Shown here: piece by piece, positions 9,450 to 22,659 of the stretch
Position numbering within the stretch: position 1 is the stretch's first letter
Layout: each line of letters opens with the position of its first letter
Origin: Polyangiales bacterium
GTDB taxonomy: Bacteria > Myxococcota_A > Polyangia > Polyangiales > JADJQN01
Direction: 5' to 3'
Assembly: GCA_964202905.1 (NCBI GenBank)
Contig: CAXNJO010000001.1
Span: 320,001-384,000, forward strand
DNA length: 64,000 nucleotides
Program-made: the position numbers and the translations under genes
The notes under the pieces: generated by a model
What the model was told of the DNA's origin: nothing
The model's input: only the letters and a program-made list of their open reading frames with translations
Database searches by the model: none

Positions 9450-10454
9450 ATGAAGCTCGCCACGCTCCGCAGCAGCCACCGCGACGGCACCCTCCTCGTC
9501 GTGCGCCGGGACGGCGCCGTGTACGCCGAGGCCCGCGGGATCGCGCCCTCCCTGCAGGCCGCCCTCGACGACTGGGACAACGCCGCGCCGCGCCTCCGCG
9601 CCCTCGCCGCGGACGTCGAGGCCGGCCGCGTGGCGACGATCCCGCTCGATCCGCGCGCGCTCGCCGCGCCGCTGCCGCGCGCCTACGAGTGGGTCGACGG
9701 CAGCGCGTACGTCAACCACATCGTGCTCGTCCGCAAGGCGCGGAACGCCGAGCCGCCCGAGACGCTCTACACCGATCCGCTCGTGTACCAGGGCGGCGCG
9801 AGCACGCTGCTCGGCCCGCGCGACCCGATCGCGCTCGCCGACGTCGCGTGGGGCTGCGACCTCGAGGCCGAGGTCTGCGTGGTGCTCGGCGACGTGCCGC
9901 AGGGCGCGACCGCGGCCGAGGCCGAGGGCCACGTGCGGCTCGTCGGGCTCGTCAACGACGTCACGCTCCGCAACCTGATCCCGCCGGAGCTCGCAAAGGG
10001 CTTCGGCTTCTTCCAGTCGAAGCCAGCCACGGGCTTCTCGCCCTTCTTCGTCACGCCCGATGAGCTCGGCGACGCGTGGCGCGGCGGCCGCCTCGCGCTC
10101 CCGCTGCGCTCCTACCGCAACGGCGCGCTGATCGGCGACCCGGACGCGGGCCCGGAGATGCACTTCTCCTTCCACGAGCTGCTCGCGCACATCGCGAAGA
10201 CGCGCGCCTATACCGCGGGCACGATCCTCGGCTCGGGCACCGTGTCGAACGCCGACCGCGCGCGCGGTTACTCCTGCATCGCCGAGAAGCGCGCCCTCGA
10301 GACGATCGACGGCGGCAAGCCGCTCACGCCCTTCCTCGCGCCGGGCGAGACGGTCGCGATCGAGATGCTCGCGCCCGACGGGACCTCCCTCTTCGGCCGC
10401 ATCGAACAGCACGTCGTCGACGCGCGGCAGCCGGCCCCGGGCGCGCGGCCGTGA
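9450..10454 (+). CDS. Fumarylacetoacetate hydrolase family protein
   Basis: 'MKLATLR...DGTLLVV', 'PLPRAYEWVDGSAYVNH', 'NDVTLRNLIPPELAKGFGFFQSKP'. Confidence 0.92.
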   Translation: MKLATLRSSHRDGTLLVVRRDGAVYAEARGIAPSLQAALDDWDNAAPRLRALAADVEAGRVATIPLDPRALAAPLPRAYEWVDGSAYVNHIVLVRKARNAEPPETLYTDPLVYQGGASTLLGPRDPIALADVAWGCDLEAEVCVVLGDVPQGATAAEAEGHVRLVGLVNDVTLRNLIPPELAKGFGFFQSKPATGFSPFFVTPDELGDAWRGGRLALPLRSYRNGALIGDPDAGPEMHFSFHELLAHIAKTRAYTAGTILGSGTVSNADRARGYSCIAEKRALETIDGGKPLTPFLAPGETVAIEMLAPDGTSLFGRIEQHVVDARQPAPGARP

Positions 10455-11044
10455 ACACGCCGCGGCGCGCGGCCCTGCTCGTGCTCTTCGCGGCGGGCGG
10501 CGGCTGCGGCGCGGGCGAGGCGCCGCTCGCGTATGGCGCGCACGTCGACGCCACGCAGTTCCGCACCGACGCGCCGTGGACGCCCTTCGCGGTGCCGCAC
10601 CTCGAGGGCGTCTCCGTCGCGCTCCCCGCGCGTCCGGAGCAGTCGGGCGGCTTCGGCAACGACTACTACGTCGCCAAGGATCCGAGCGGTTGCCGCCGCG
10701 CGACAGTGAGCGTCATCGACCCGCACGATCGGCGCCGCGACGAGGCCCGCCTCGCGCAGCGCTGCGCCGAGGACGCCGAGCAGACGGAGTGGCGCACGGT
10801 CGACGCGCGCCGCGTCTGCGTCGTCGCGCACCCGGTGTCGGCCATCGACCGCGCCGCGGCCGCGCGCGGCGAGCCCGCCTGCCGGCTGCACACGCTCTTC
10901 GCGATGGCGGAGGGCCTCGTGGTGTCCGTCGCCTACAGCGCGCCCCTCGACGCCCCGGACGGCGAGCGCGCCGTACGCGAGCGCCTGTTCGGCTCGTTCC
11001 GCCTCGCGGACCCGAGCGCCATGCCCCCTCCCCCCGCCGAGTGA
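10451..11044 (+). CDS. Hypothetical lipoprotein
   Basis: GTG start overlaps the FAH stop (GTGA); 'RRAALLVLFAAGGG-C' signal; ends 4 nt before maiA. Confidence 0.6.
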   Translation: MNTPRRAALLVLFAAGGGCGAGEAPLAYGAHVDATQFRTDAPWTPFAVPHLEGVSVALPARPEQSGGFGNDYYVAKDPSGCRRATVSVIDPHDRRRDEARLAQRCAEDAEQTEWRTVDARRVCVVAHPVSAIDRAAAARGEPACRLHTLFAMAEGLVVSVAYSAPLDAPDGERAVRERLFGSFRLADPSAMPPPPAE

Positions 11045-11048
11045 ACCC

Positions 11049-11705
11049 ATGACGACGACCTACCGCCTCCACAACTACTGGCGCTCGAGCGCGAGCTGGC
11101 GCGTGCGCATCGCCCTGGCGCTCAAGGGCCTCGCGTACGAGTACGTCGTCGTGAACATCCTCAAGGATGGTGGCGAACAGAACAGCGCGGCGTTCCGCGC
11201 CCTCAACCCGCAGACGCAGGTGCCCCTGCTCGAGGTGATCGACGACGGCCGCGCGCGCTTCCTCGCGCAGTCGCTCCCGATCATCGAGTTCCTCGACGAG
11301 ACGCGCCCCGAGACGGTCCGCATGCTCCCCGCCGATCCGTACGCGCGCGCCCGCGTCCGCCAGCTCGCCGAGGCGGTGAACGCCGGCATCCAGCCGCTGC
11401 AGAACCTCCCGATCCTCGCGGAGGTCGAGCGCCTCGGCGGCGACAAGATCGCCTGGGCCCGCCATTGGAACGAGCGCGGGCTCGGCGCGCTCGAGGCGCT
11501 CGCGGCGGAGTCGGCCGGGCGCTTCCTCGTCGGCGACGCGCCCTCGCTCGCCGACGCGTGCCTGCTCCCGCAGCTCTACTCAGCGCGGCGCTTCCAGCTC
11601 GACACGCGCGCGTTCCCGACGCTCGAGCGCGTCGAGGCCGCGTGCTTCGCGCTGCCGGGCGTCGAGGGCACGCGCCCCGAGCGCCAGCCCGACGCCGTCG
11701 CCTGA
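11049..11705 (+). CDS. maiA: Maleylacetoacetate isomerase (GST zeta)
   Basis: 'YWRSSASWRVRIALALKGL', 'LNPQTQVP', 'GIQPLQNL', 'PERQPDA'. Confidence 0.95.
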   Translation: MTTTYRLHNYWRSSASWRVRIALALKGLAYEYVVVNILKDGGEQNSAAFRALNPQTQVPLLEVIDDGRARFLAQSLPIIEFLDETRPETVRMLPADPYARARVRQLAEAVNAGIQPLQNLPILAEVERLGGDKIAWARHWNERGLGALEALAAESAGRFLVGDAPSLADACLLPQLYSARRFQLDTRAFPTLERVEAACFALPGVEGTRPERQPDAVA

Positions 11706-11777
11706 CGCACCGCGGCGGGACGTACCGCACACCACCCCTTGGCGAAGTTGCGACCCGCGCGTACTTTGCCGCGCGCC

Positions 11778-12938
11778 ATGACCCAGCCCCGCCTCGAATC
11801 GCTCGGCATCGTCCGCCTCGAAGCCATCCACTACTACGTGCGCGACCTCGCACGGAGCCGCCGCTTCTACACGGAGAAGCTGGATTTCGCGGAGGTCGGG
11901 CGCTCGGGTGCGGAGCTCGAGGAGCGCGGCCGGCAGCGCTCGGCGGTGTTCGAGGCCGCGAACGCGCGGGTGATCGTGTCCGAGCCGCGCGGCGAGGGCG
12001 GGCGCGCGGCGCGCTGGCTGCGCCGGCACCCGGACGGCGTCGGCTCGCTCGTCTTCGAGGTCGAGGACATCGACAAGACCTTCGCGCTCGTCGAGGCGCG
12101 CCGCGGCACGCCGATCGACGAGGTGCAGACGATCACGGACGCGCGCGGCGGCCGCTTCCGCACCTTCTCGATGACGACGCCGTTCGGCTCGTCGACCTTC
12201 CGCTTCGTGCAGCGCGACGGCCACGCCGGGCTCTATCCCGGCATCGACGCGCTCCCCGGCGCGACGGCCGGCCACAACGCGCTCGGCTTCGAGGGCTTCG
12301 ACCACGTCACCTCGAACTTCGAGACGATGGAGCCCGCGCTGCTCTGGATGGAGCACGTCTGCGGCTTCGAGCGCTACTGGAACATCGAGTTCCACACGAA
12401 CGACGTCCGCATCGACGACAAGAACGGCTCGGGTCTGCGCTCGACGGTGATGTGGGATCCGAAGAGCGAGGTTAAGTTCGCGAACAACGAGCCCTATCGG
12501 CCGTTCTTCCGCGCCTCGCAGATCAACCTCTTCTACGAGGACCAGCGCGGCGACGGCATCCAGCACGCGGCCCTCACCGTGAAGGACATCCTCTCCACCG
12601 TGCGCGCGATGCGCGGGCGCGAGGTGTCGTTCATGCCCACGCCGGGCAGCTACTACGACGTGCTCCCCGCGCGCCTCGAGAAGCTCGGCGTCGGCCGGAT
12701 CGACGAGGACCTCGACGTGCTGCGCGACCTGCAGATCCTCGTCGACGGCTCCGAGTCGCACCAGTACCTGCTGCAGATCTTCCTGCGCGACTCGGCGGGG
12801 CTCTACGGCGACAAGGACGCCGGCCCGTTCTTCTACGAGGTCATCCAGCGCAAGGGCGACAGGGGCTTCGGCGGCGGCAATTTCCGCGCGCTCTTCGAGT
12901 CCATCGAGCGCCAGCACAAGGCCGAAGGGCGGCTCTGA
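11778..12938 (+). CDS. hppD: 4-hydroxyphenylpyruvate dioxygenase
   Basis: 'FDHVTSN', 'GIQHAAL', 'YLLQIF', 'FFYEVIQRKGDRGFGGGNFRALFESIE'. Confidence 0.95.
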   Translation: MTQPRLESLGIVRLEAIHYYVRDLARSRRFYTEKLDFAEVGRSGAELEERGRQRSAVFEAANARVIVSEPRGEGGRAARWLRRHPDGVGSLVFEVEDIDKTFALVEARRGTPIDEVQTITDARGGRFRTFSMTTPFGSSTFRFVQRDGHAGLYPGIDALPGATAGHNALGFEGFDHVTSNFETMEPALLWMEHVCGFERYWNIEFHTNDVRIDDKNGSGLRSTVMWDPKSEVKFANNEPYRPFFRASQINLFYEDQRGDGIQHAALTVKDILSTVRAMRGREVSFMPTPGSYYDVLPARLEKLGVGRIDEDLDVLRDLQILVDGSESHQYLLQIFLRDSAGLYGDKDAGPFFYEVIQRKGDRGFGGGNFRALFESIERQHKAEGRL

Positions 12939-12942
12939 GCGC

Positions 12943-14118
12943 ATGCTCGAGCGGCTGCAGATCGGGCGCGTCCCGCCGAAGCATCACATCGTCTTCCCGC
13001 AGGATCCCGCGGCGGGCGCAGGCGCCATCCACCACGAGGAGTGCCTGACGCGCGACGGCTTCGACGGGCCGTACACGATCCTCTACCACCGGCACCGCCC
13101 GCACGCGCAGCACGCGGCCGAGGTCGCGCACGGCTGGGAACTCCCCGTCGCTGCGCCCGCGGGGCGGCTCGCGAAGCGTCATTACCTCTCGTCGGACGTC
13201 GCGAAGCGCGGCGGCGCGCCCGTCGACGCGCGCGTGCCGCTGCTCTTCAGCCGCGACGTGGTCGCCTCCGTCGCGTTCCCCGACGCGTCCGATCCCGTGT
13301 ACTTCGTCGACGGCGACGCGGACACGCTCGTCTACGTCTTCGAGGGCGGCGGCACGCTGCGCACCGTCCTCGGCGACGTCGCGTTCGAGAAGGACGACTA
13401 CGTCTTCGTCCCGCGCGGGCTCCTGCACCGCTTCGTGCTCGACCCCGCGCGCGGGCCGCAGCACTGGCTGGTGCTCGAGCTGCGCGGAGGGCTCCACATC
13501 CCGCGCCATTTCCTGAATAATCTCGGACAGTTGCGGATGGACGCGCCCTTCACCCACCGCGACTTCCGCCGCCCGGACGCCGTCGCGCCGCACGACGAGG
13601 GGATCCGCGACGTCCTCGTGAAGCGCGGCGATGCGTTCCACGGCTTCCGCTACGACCACGCGCCGCTCGACGTCGTCGGCTGGGACGGCACCGTCTACCC
13701 CTGGGTGTTCCCGATCCTGAACTTCCAGCCGCGCGCGGGGCAGACGCATCTACCGCCCACGCTGCACGGCACCTTCGCGGCGCGCGGGGCGCTCATCTGC
13801 TCCTTCGTCCCGCGCATGGTGGACTTCCACCCGCAGGCGATCCCCTGCCCGTACCCGCACTCCTCCGTCGACGTCGACGAGATCATCTTCTACTGCCGCG
13901 GCAACTTCACCTCGCGGCGCGGCGTCGGGCCGGGCTCGATCTCGTACCACCCGGCGGGCATGCCGCACGGCCCGCACCCCGGCGCGTACGAGGGCTCGGT
14001 CGGCCACACGCGCACGGACGAGCTCGCCGTGATGCTCGACTGCTTCGAGACGCTCGTGCCGACACCCGCGGCCCTCGGCGTCGAGGATCCGGGCTACATG
14101 GAGAGCTTCTTCGGCTGA
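12943..14118 (+). CDS. hmgA: Homogentisate 1,2-dioxygenase
   Basis: 'PLDVVGWDG', 'HLPPTLH', 'CSFVPR', 'PYPHSSVDVDE', 'HPAGMPHGPHPG', 'ELAVMLD'. Confidence 0.93.
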   Translation: MLERLQIGRVPPKHHIVFPQDPAAGAGAIHHEECLTRDGFDGPYTILYHRHRPHAQHAAEVAHGWELPVAAPAGRLAKRHYLSSDVAKRGGAPVDARVPLLFSRDVVASVAFPDASDPVYFVDGDADTLVYVFEGGGTLRTVLGDVAFEKDDYVFVPRGLLHRFVLDPARGPQHWLVLELRGGLHIPRHFLNNLGQLRMDAPFTHRDFRRPDAVAPHDEGIRDVLVKRGDAFHGFRYDHAPLDVVGWDGTVYPWVFPILNFQPRAGQTHLPPTLHGTFAARGALICSFVPRMVDFHPQAIPCPYPHSSVDVDEIIFYCRGNFTSRRGVGPGSISYHPAGMPHGPHPGAYEGSVGHTRTDELAVMLDCFETLVPTPAALGVEDPGYMESFFG

Positions 14119-14168
14119 GCGGCCCCGCTGCGCCGCGCGCGACGGCCGCGACGGGCCGCGCAGCGCGC

Positions 14169-15143
14169 TCAGCGCACGGGGAGCGTGACGCCCGCCGTGT
14201 CGAGGTCGACGCGCGCGAGGGTCGGGCGCGTGAGGCTCGTGAGGTAGAGCGTGCGCTCGCCGAACGCCGCGTCGCCCATCACGCCGTTGGCCGGGAGCAT
14301 GAAGAGGCGCGCGCCGTAGAGCACCGCAGGCGCGCCGCCGGGCCTCACGCGCTGCACGCCCGCGGCCGACGTCACGAGCACGAGATCGCCGTCCGCGAGC
14401 GCGACGAGCCCGTCGATGTTCGCGACGCCGCGGAGCGCGGAAGCCGGCGCGCCGTACGTGCCCAGCGCGCGGTCGAAGGGCAGCGCGAAGACCTCCGCGC
14501 CCGCCCACGACGCGACGTAGAGCGTCGCGCCGTCCGGTGAGAACGCGAGCCCGTTGGGGAAGTCGATCGCGTCGGTGACGAGCGCGACGCCGCTGCCGTC
14601 CGCGTCCGCGCGGATCAGCCGATCGGCCTCGCTGTCGGAGAAGACGATCGAGTCGTCCGGCGCGACCGCGACGTAGTTGCAGAGGCCGAGCGGCGCGCCG
14701 CCCGGGCCCGCCGCGACGAGCGTGCGCCTCATCCCCGACATCGGGTCGATCGCGAAGAGCACCGAGGGCGCCCCCATCTCGGGCCCGGTGCTGCCGCAGA
14801 CGAGCACGTCGCCGTTCGCCGCGACCGCGATGCCCACCGGCGCGTCGACCTGCGCGAGGTCCGACACCGTGCCGTCGGGCGCGACGCGCACCACGCGTCC
14901 ATCGCGCACGCCGACGTAGAGCACCGACTCGCCCGCGGGCGTGCGGCCGCGCGCGATGCCCTCCGAGGCGCCACCGAGCTCCGCGAACGGCATCGGCCGC
15001 GGCCCCGCGTCGATGGACGGTGCGGCGTCGCTGATGCCCGCGTCGACCGGGCCCGCGTCCATCGCCGGCGCGTCGTCACCGCACCCTGCGAGCGCGAGGC
15101 AAATCAGGAAAACATGGAGGACCGTGGATGCGCTCTTCGACAC
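14169..15143 (-). CDS. SMP-30/gluconolactonase-like beta-propeller lipoprotein
   Basis: Lipobox 'CLALAG-C', DAG linker, 'SEGIA', 'FPNGLAFSPDGATLYV', 'IDGL', 'TLYLTS'. Confidence 0.85.
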   Translation of the reverse strand: MSKSASTVLHVFLICLALAGCGDDAPAMDAGPVDAGISDAAPSIDAGPRPMPFAELGGASEGIARGRTPAGESVLYVGVRDGRVVRVAPDGTVSDLAQVDAPVGIAVAANGDVLVCGSTGPEMGAPSVLFAIDPMSGMRRTLVAAGPGGAPLGLCNYVAVAPDDSIVFSDSEADRLIRADADGSGVALVTDAIDFPNGLAFSPDGATLYVASWAGAEVFALPFDRALGTYGAPASALRGVANIDGLVALADGDLVLVTSAAGVQRVRPGGAPAVLYGARLFMLPANGVMGDAAFGERTLYLTSLTRPTLARVDLDTAGVTLPVR

Positions 15144-15201
15144 GCCGCGCAGCGTACACGAGCCGCCCAAGCCGCCCAAGACCCGCCGTATCCTAGGCGC
15201 C

Positions 15202-15840
15202 ATGTCCCGACGCCACGCCCCCGCAGCGGGAACGCAGCCGCGCGGCCGATGGGCTGATGGCGTCGGCCGCGGCCGCGCCGGTGCAGGTCCTCGAGCAGCG
15301 GCGCGTCGCGGGGCTCGACGCGACCGTGCTCGCGGCGACCGACGCCGCGGCGCTCAACCAGTGGCTCGGGGCGCACCGCTACCCGAGCCGGCCGGGGCTG
15401 ACGCAGTGGCTCGCGCGTTACGTCGCGCAGGGCTACTTCGTCACGGCGTTCCGCTACGCCGCGGAGCCGGCCGCCCCGTCGCGAGCCGCGCGGTGCGCCT
15501 CACCTTCACGACCCAGCGCCCGTTCTACCCATACGCCGAGCCGAGCGACGCGCCGCGCACCGCGGACCGCGCGTTCCGCCTGAGCGTGGTCGCGCCCGCG
15601 CGCATGGACGGCCTCGTCGGCACGCGGCCCTGGCGCGCACGCACGGGCTACTCGGGCCGCCCCGCGAACCTGCGCGAGGTGCTGCGCGGCGTCGTCCCCG
15701 AGGATGCGCGCGGCGCGGGCCCCTGGCTCACGACGTTCGACGAGCCAGCCTCGCGGCGCGGCGGCGACGACCTGTTCTTCGTGCGCACGCGCGCGACCCG
15801 CGGCGTCCCCCCGTCGATCCGCACCGCGCTCGCGCCCTGA
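15202..15840 (+). pseudogene. DUF2330-like gene, 5' part missing and frameshifted near 15470
   Basis: 'VQVLEQRRVAGLDATVLAATDAAALNQWL...YVAQGYFVTAF' in one frame continues as 'VRLTFTTQRPFYPYAEP' in the -1 frame; no signal peptide or N-terminal domain. Confidence 0.6.
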
Positions 15841-15876
15841 ACACCGACCGCGATCCGCAGCGCCCGCGCGCCGGCG

Positions 15877-16455
15877 TCAGCCGCGCTCGCGCTCGCCCGG
15901 GTGCACGCCGTGCTTCTTCGCGAGGCGGTGCAGGTACTTGCGGTCCATGTCCGCCTCGCGCGCGGCCGCCGAGATGTTCCCCTCGTGACGCGCGAGCAGC
16001 CACGCGACGTAGCGCCGCTCGAAGTCGGCCTCCCACGTCGCGCGCGTGTCGCGGTAGCTGCGGCGCGGGACGAACGCGGGCGCGGGCGGCTCCGCTCCGT
16101 CGCGCGCCGGCAGCGCGCGCACGCCGAGCTCGACGTCGCCCACGGTGAGGACCGCGCCGCCCTTGAGCCACGCCTCCTTGATGTCCGCGCCGTCGAGCAT
16201 CGTGCCGTTCGTCGAGTCGAGGTCGCGGAGCAGGTAGCCGGGCCCCTCGCGTCGGATCTGGCAGTGCCGCCGCGACACGGTCGCGTCCCCGAGGACGAGG
16301 TCGTTCTCCAGGCCCTTGCCGATGTGGAAGACCTCGCCCGCGATCTCGCGTTCGGTGCCGCGATCGCGGCCGCTGAGCACCACGAGCACGCAGCGCGCGA
16401 ACGTGTGCGCGTGCGGGCGCGCGGCGTCGCTCGGGCCCCGGGGCGCGTCGCTCAT
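15877..16455 (-). CDS. FHA domain + Fis-type HTH protein
   Basis: FHA 'IGKGLENDLVLGDATVSRRH...LRDLDSTNGT'; HTH 'FERRYVAWLLARHEGNISAAAREADMDRKYLHRLAKKHG'; ATGA overlap with the upstream gene. Confidence 0.88.
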   Translation of the reverse strand: MSDAPRGPSDAARPHAHTFARCVLVVLSGRDRGTEREIAGEVFHIGKGLENDLVLGDATVSRRHCQIRREGPGYLLRDLDSTNGTMLDGADIKEAWLKGGAVLTVGDVELGVRALPARDGAEPPAPAFVPRRSYRDTRATWEADFERRYVAWLLARHEGNISAAAREADMDRKYLHRLAKKHGVHPGERERG

Positions 16456-16862
16456 CCCGCCCCCGCCGCGCCGAGCTCGACGAGGACGACGCCCTCCACG
16501 GGCACCTCGAGCACGCGCACCGCGGTGCTGCGCGCCCGCGCCTCGCCCTCCCCGCGCGTGACGTCGATGCGCAGCTCGTAGCGGCCCGGCGGCAGGTCGA
16601 GCGACTCGTCGATGCGCGCCGGGGCCCCGCGCGCATACGGCAGGCGCAGCCCGAGCACGGGCTCGCCCCCCTCGAACACGCTGAGGCCGACCTCGCGCAC
16701 GGCGCCCGGTTCGGCGAGCCGCAGGCGCACGCTCGTCTCGCGCGGCGCCGCGTCCGCGAGCGGCCCGGCAACGAGCGCGACGCCCCCGACGAGCACGAGC
16801 GGCGTGAGGCGGCGACGGTGGCGCGCGAGCCAGTCGAGCGCGCGGTGGGCCTCGGTTTTCAT
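16452..16862 (-). CDS. Hypothetical membrane-anchored protein
   Basis: 'RHRRRLTPLVLVGGVALVAG' TM segment followed by a beta-rich domain 'LDLPPGRYELRIDV'. Confidence 0.65.
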   Translation of the reverse strand: MKTEAHRALDWLARHRRRLTPLVLVGGVALVAGPLADAAPRETSVRLRLAEPGAVREVGLSVFEGGEPVLGLRLPYARGAPARIDESLDLPPGRYELRIDVTRGEGEARARSTAVRVLEVPVEGVVLVELGAAGAG

Positions 16863-16982
16863 CGAGGGCGAGCGTAGGCGAGGCCCGCGCCGCGATCCAC
16901 CGCGCGGTCACCCGGTCGCGCGCAGTTCTTGTGCCCCGCAGAGCCGGGGGCTACGCTGGCCCGAGGAAGTGGTGCTGCAGTG

Positions 16983-19139
16983 ATGGTCCGGCTCACCGAC
17001 ATCCTCGACAAGGTACGGAGCTACCATCCGAGCGCGGACACCGATCTGATCAACAAGGCGTACGTGTACTCGTCGCGCATGCACGACGGGCAGCTGCGCA
17101 AGTCGGGCGATCCGTACTTCATCCACCCGGTCTCGGTCGCGCACATCATCGCGGAGATGCGCCTCGACGCGGCCAGCGTCTGCGCGGCGCTCCTGCACGA
17201 CGTCGTCGAGGACACGCCCGTCACCGAGCGCGACATCGCGGCGCTCTTCGGCGACGAGGTCGCGTTCCTCGTCGATGGCGTCACGAAGCTCGGCAAGATC
17301 AACTTCGTCTCGAAGGAAGACCAGCAGGCGGAGTCGTTCCGCAAGATGCTGGTCGCCATGGCGCGCGACATCCGCGTGCTGCTCGTGAAGCTCGCCGACC
17401 GCCTCGACAACATGCGGACGATGGAGCACATGAAGCCGGACGCGCAGGAGCGCATCTCCCGGGAAACACTGGAGATTTACGCGCCTCTCGCGGGTCGTCT
17501 CGGCATCAACTGGCTCAAGAGCGACCTCGAGGATCTCGCCTTCCGCTGGCTCTACCCGGACGCCTGGGCGGACCTCGTCAAGAAGACGAAGGCCGTCTCG
17601 CGCGACCGCGAGAAGTACACGACCGACGTCTCGCGCCGCATCCAGACGATGCTCATCGAGCGCGGCTTCGCGGTCGACGTGTCCGGCCGCGTGAAGCACC
17701 TCTACAGCGTCTTCCGCAAGATGCGGTCGAGTCAGTGCGAGTTCGAGCAGATCCACGACTACGTCGCCTTCCGCGTCGTCATGGAGAACGTCGCCGATTG
17801 CTACGCCGCGCTCGGCGTCATCCACTCGCAGTGGACGCCGATCCCCGGGCGCTTCAAGGACTACATCGCGCTGCCGAAGCCCAACAACTACCAGTCGCTG
17901 CACACGACGGTGATCGGGCCGGGCCTCAAGCGCATCGAGATCCAGATCCGGACGCCGGAGATGCACCGCACCGCGGAGCTCGGGATCGCGGCCCACTGGT
18001 CCTACAAGGAGCGCTCGGGGGGTCTCGACGCGAAGGACGCCGCGCGCTTCGCGTGGCTGCGGCAGCTGGTGGAGTTCCAGAAGGAGGTCGTCGACCCGGC
18101 CGAGTTCATCGACTCGGTGAAGGGCGACCTCTTCGCGGACGAGGTCTACGTCTTCACGCCGAAGGGCGACGTGAAGGTCTTCCCACGCGGCTCGACGCCG
18201 ATCGACTTCGCGTACTCCGTCCACAGCGAGATCGGCAACCGCTGCACCGGCGCGCGGGTGAACGGCGCGATCCAGAAGCTCGCGTACAAGCTGCACAACG
18301 GCGACGTCATCGAGATCCTCACGTCGCCGACGCAGCACCCCAACAAGGACTGGCTCGACATGACGACGACCGCGAAGGCGCGGTCGCACGTCCGTGGCTA
18401 CGTGCGCGGCGAGGAGCGCAAGCGCTCGATCAAGATGGGCCGCGACCTCCTCGAGCGCGAGATGCACAAGCGTGACCTCTCCTTCGCGCGGCTCGTGAAG
18501 AGCGGCGAGCTCGAGAAGGCCGTCGGCAAGCTCAACGTGCAGACGGTCGACGAGCTCTACGCGCAGGTCGGCTACGGCAAGATCGCCGGCGCCGACGTCG
18601 TGAAGGCGATCCTGCCGGAGCGCGTCGAGGAGCAGCCGAAGGCGATGGACTCGCTGCGGCCCGGGCTCGTCGAGCGGGTCACGCGCAAGGTCACGGGCAG
18701 CGGCGAGACGGCCATCCGCATCGCGGACATGGACGACGTGCTGGTGCGCTTCGCGAACTGCTGCTCGCCGCTGCCGGGCGACGCGGTCACCGGCTGGATC
18801 ACGCGCGGGCGCGGCGTCACCGTGCACCGCCGCGAGTGCCGCAAGGCGATGGAGCTCGACCCGGAGCGCCGCATCGAGGTGAGCTGGTCGACGGGCTCCA
18901 AGGTCGATCGCCCCGTGCAGCTGCGCGTCATCACGGCGGACAAGCCGGGCGTGCTCGCGCGGCTCTCGACCGAGCTGAGCGCGACCGGCGTGAACCTGAA
19001 GGAGGCCAACTGCCGCGTCGGCGACGACGGGCGCGCGGTGAACCTCTTCACCTTCACCGTGACCGACCTCTCGCGCCTGAAGGCCGTGATGCGCGGCCTT
19101 CAGAAGCTCGAGGGCGTCTACGAGGTCGAGCGCGTGTGA
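16983..19139 (+). CDS. rel: Bifunctional (p)ppGpp synthetase/hydrolase (long RSH)
   Basis: 'RKSGDPYFIHP', intact 'LLHDVVEDT', 'VKLADRLDNMRT', 'RFKDYIALPKPNNYQSLHT', TGS 'DFAYSVHSEIG', 'CCSPLPGD', ACT domain. Confidence 0.97.
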   Translation: MVRLTDILDKVRSYHPSADTDLINKAYVYSSRMHDGQLRKSGDPYFIHPVSVAHIIAEMRLDAASVCAALLHDVVEDTPVTERDIAALFGDEVAFLVDGVTKLGKINFVSKEDQQAESFRKMLVAMARDIRVLLVKLADRLDNMRTMEHMKPDAQERISRETLEIYAPLAGRLGINWLKSDLEDLAFRWLYPDAWADLVKKTKAVSRDREKYTTDVSRRIQTMLIERGFAVDVSGRVKHLYSVFRKMRSSQCEFEQIHDYVAFRVVMENVADCYAALGVIHSQWTPIPGRFKDYIALPKPNNYQSLHTTVIGPGLKRIEIQIRTPEMHRTAELGIAAHWSYKERSGGLDAKDAARFAWLRQLVEFQKEVVDPAEFIDSVKGDLFADEVYVFTPKGDVKVFPRGSTPIDFAYSVHSEIGNRCTGARVNGAIQKLAYKLHNGDVIEILTSPTQHPNKDWLDMTTTAKARSHVRGYVRGEERKRSIKMGRDLLEREMHKRDLSFARLVKSGELEKAVGKLNVQTVDELYAQVGYGKIAGADVVKAILPERVEEQPKAMDSLRPGLVERVTRKVTGSGETAIRIADMDDVLVRFANCCSPLPGDAVTGWITRGRGVTVHRRECRKAMELDPERRIEVSWSTGSKVDRPVQLRVITADKPGVLARLSTELSATGVNLKEANCRVGDDGRAVNLFTFTVTDLSRLKAVMRGLQKLEGVYEVERV

Positions 19140-19235
19140 CGCGGCGCGCGGGGTCGGCGCACCGGGCTCACGCCCACGCGCGGCCTCGTGCGGAAGCGCC
19201 GTGATTCACGGCACTTCACGCGATGACGCGCTGCG

Positions 19236-22643
<3,408 letters not shown>

Positions 22644-22659
22644 GGATAACTCCTCGAAT

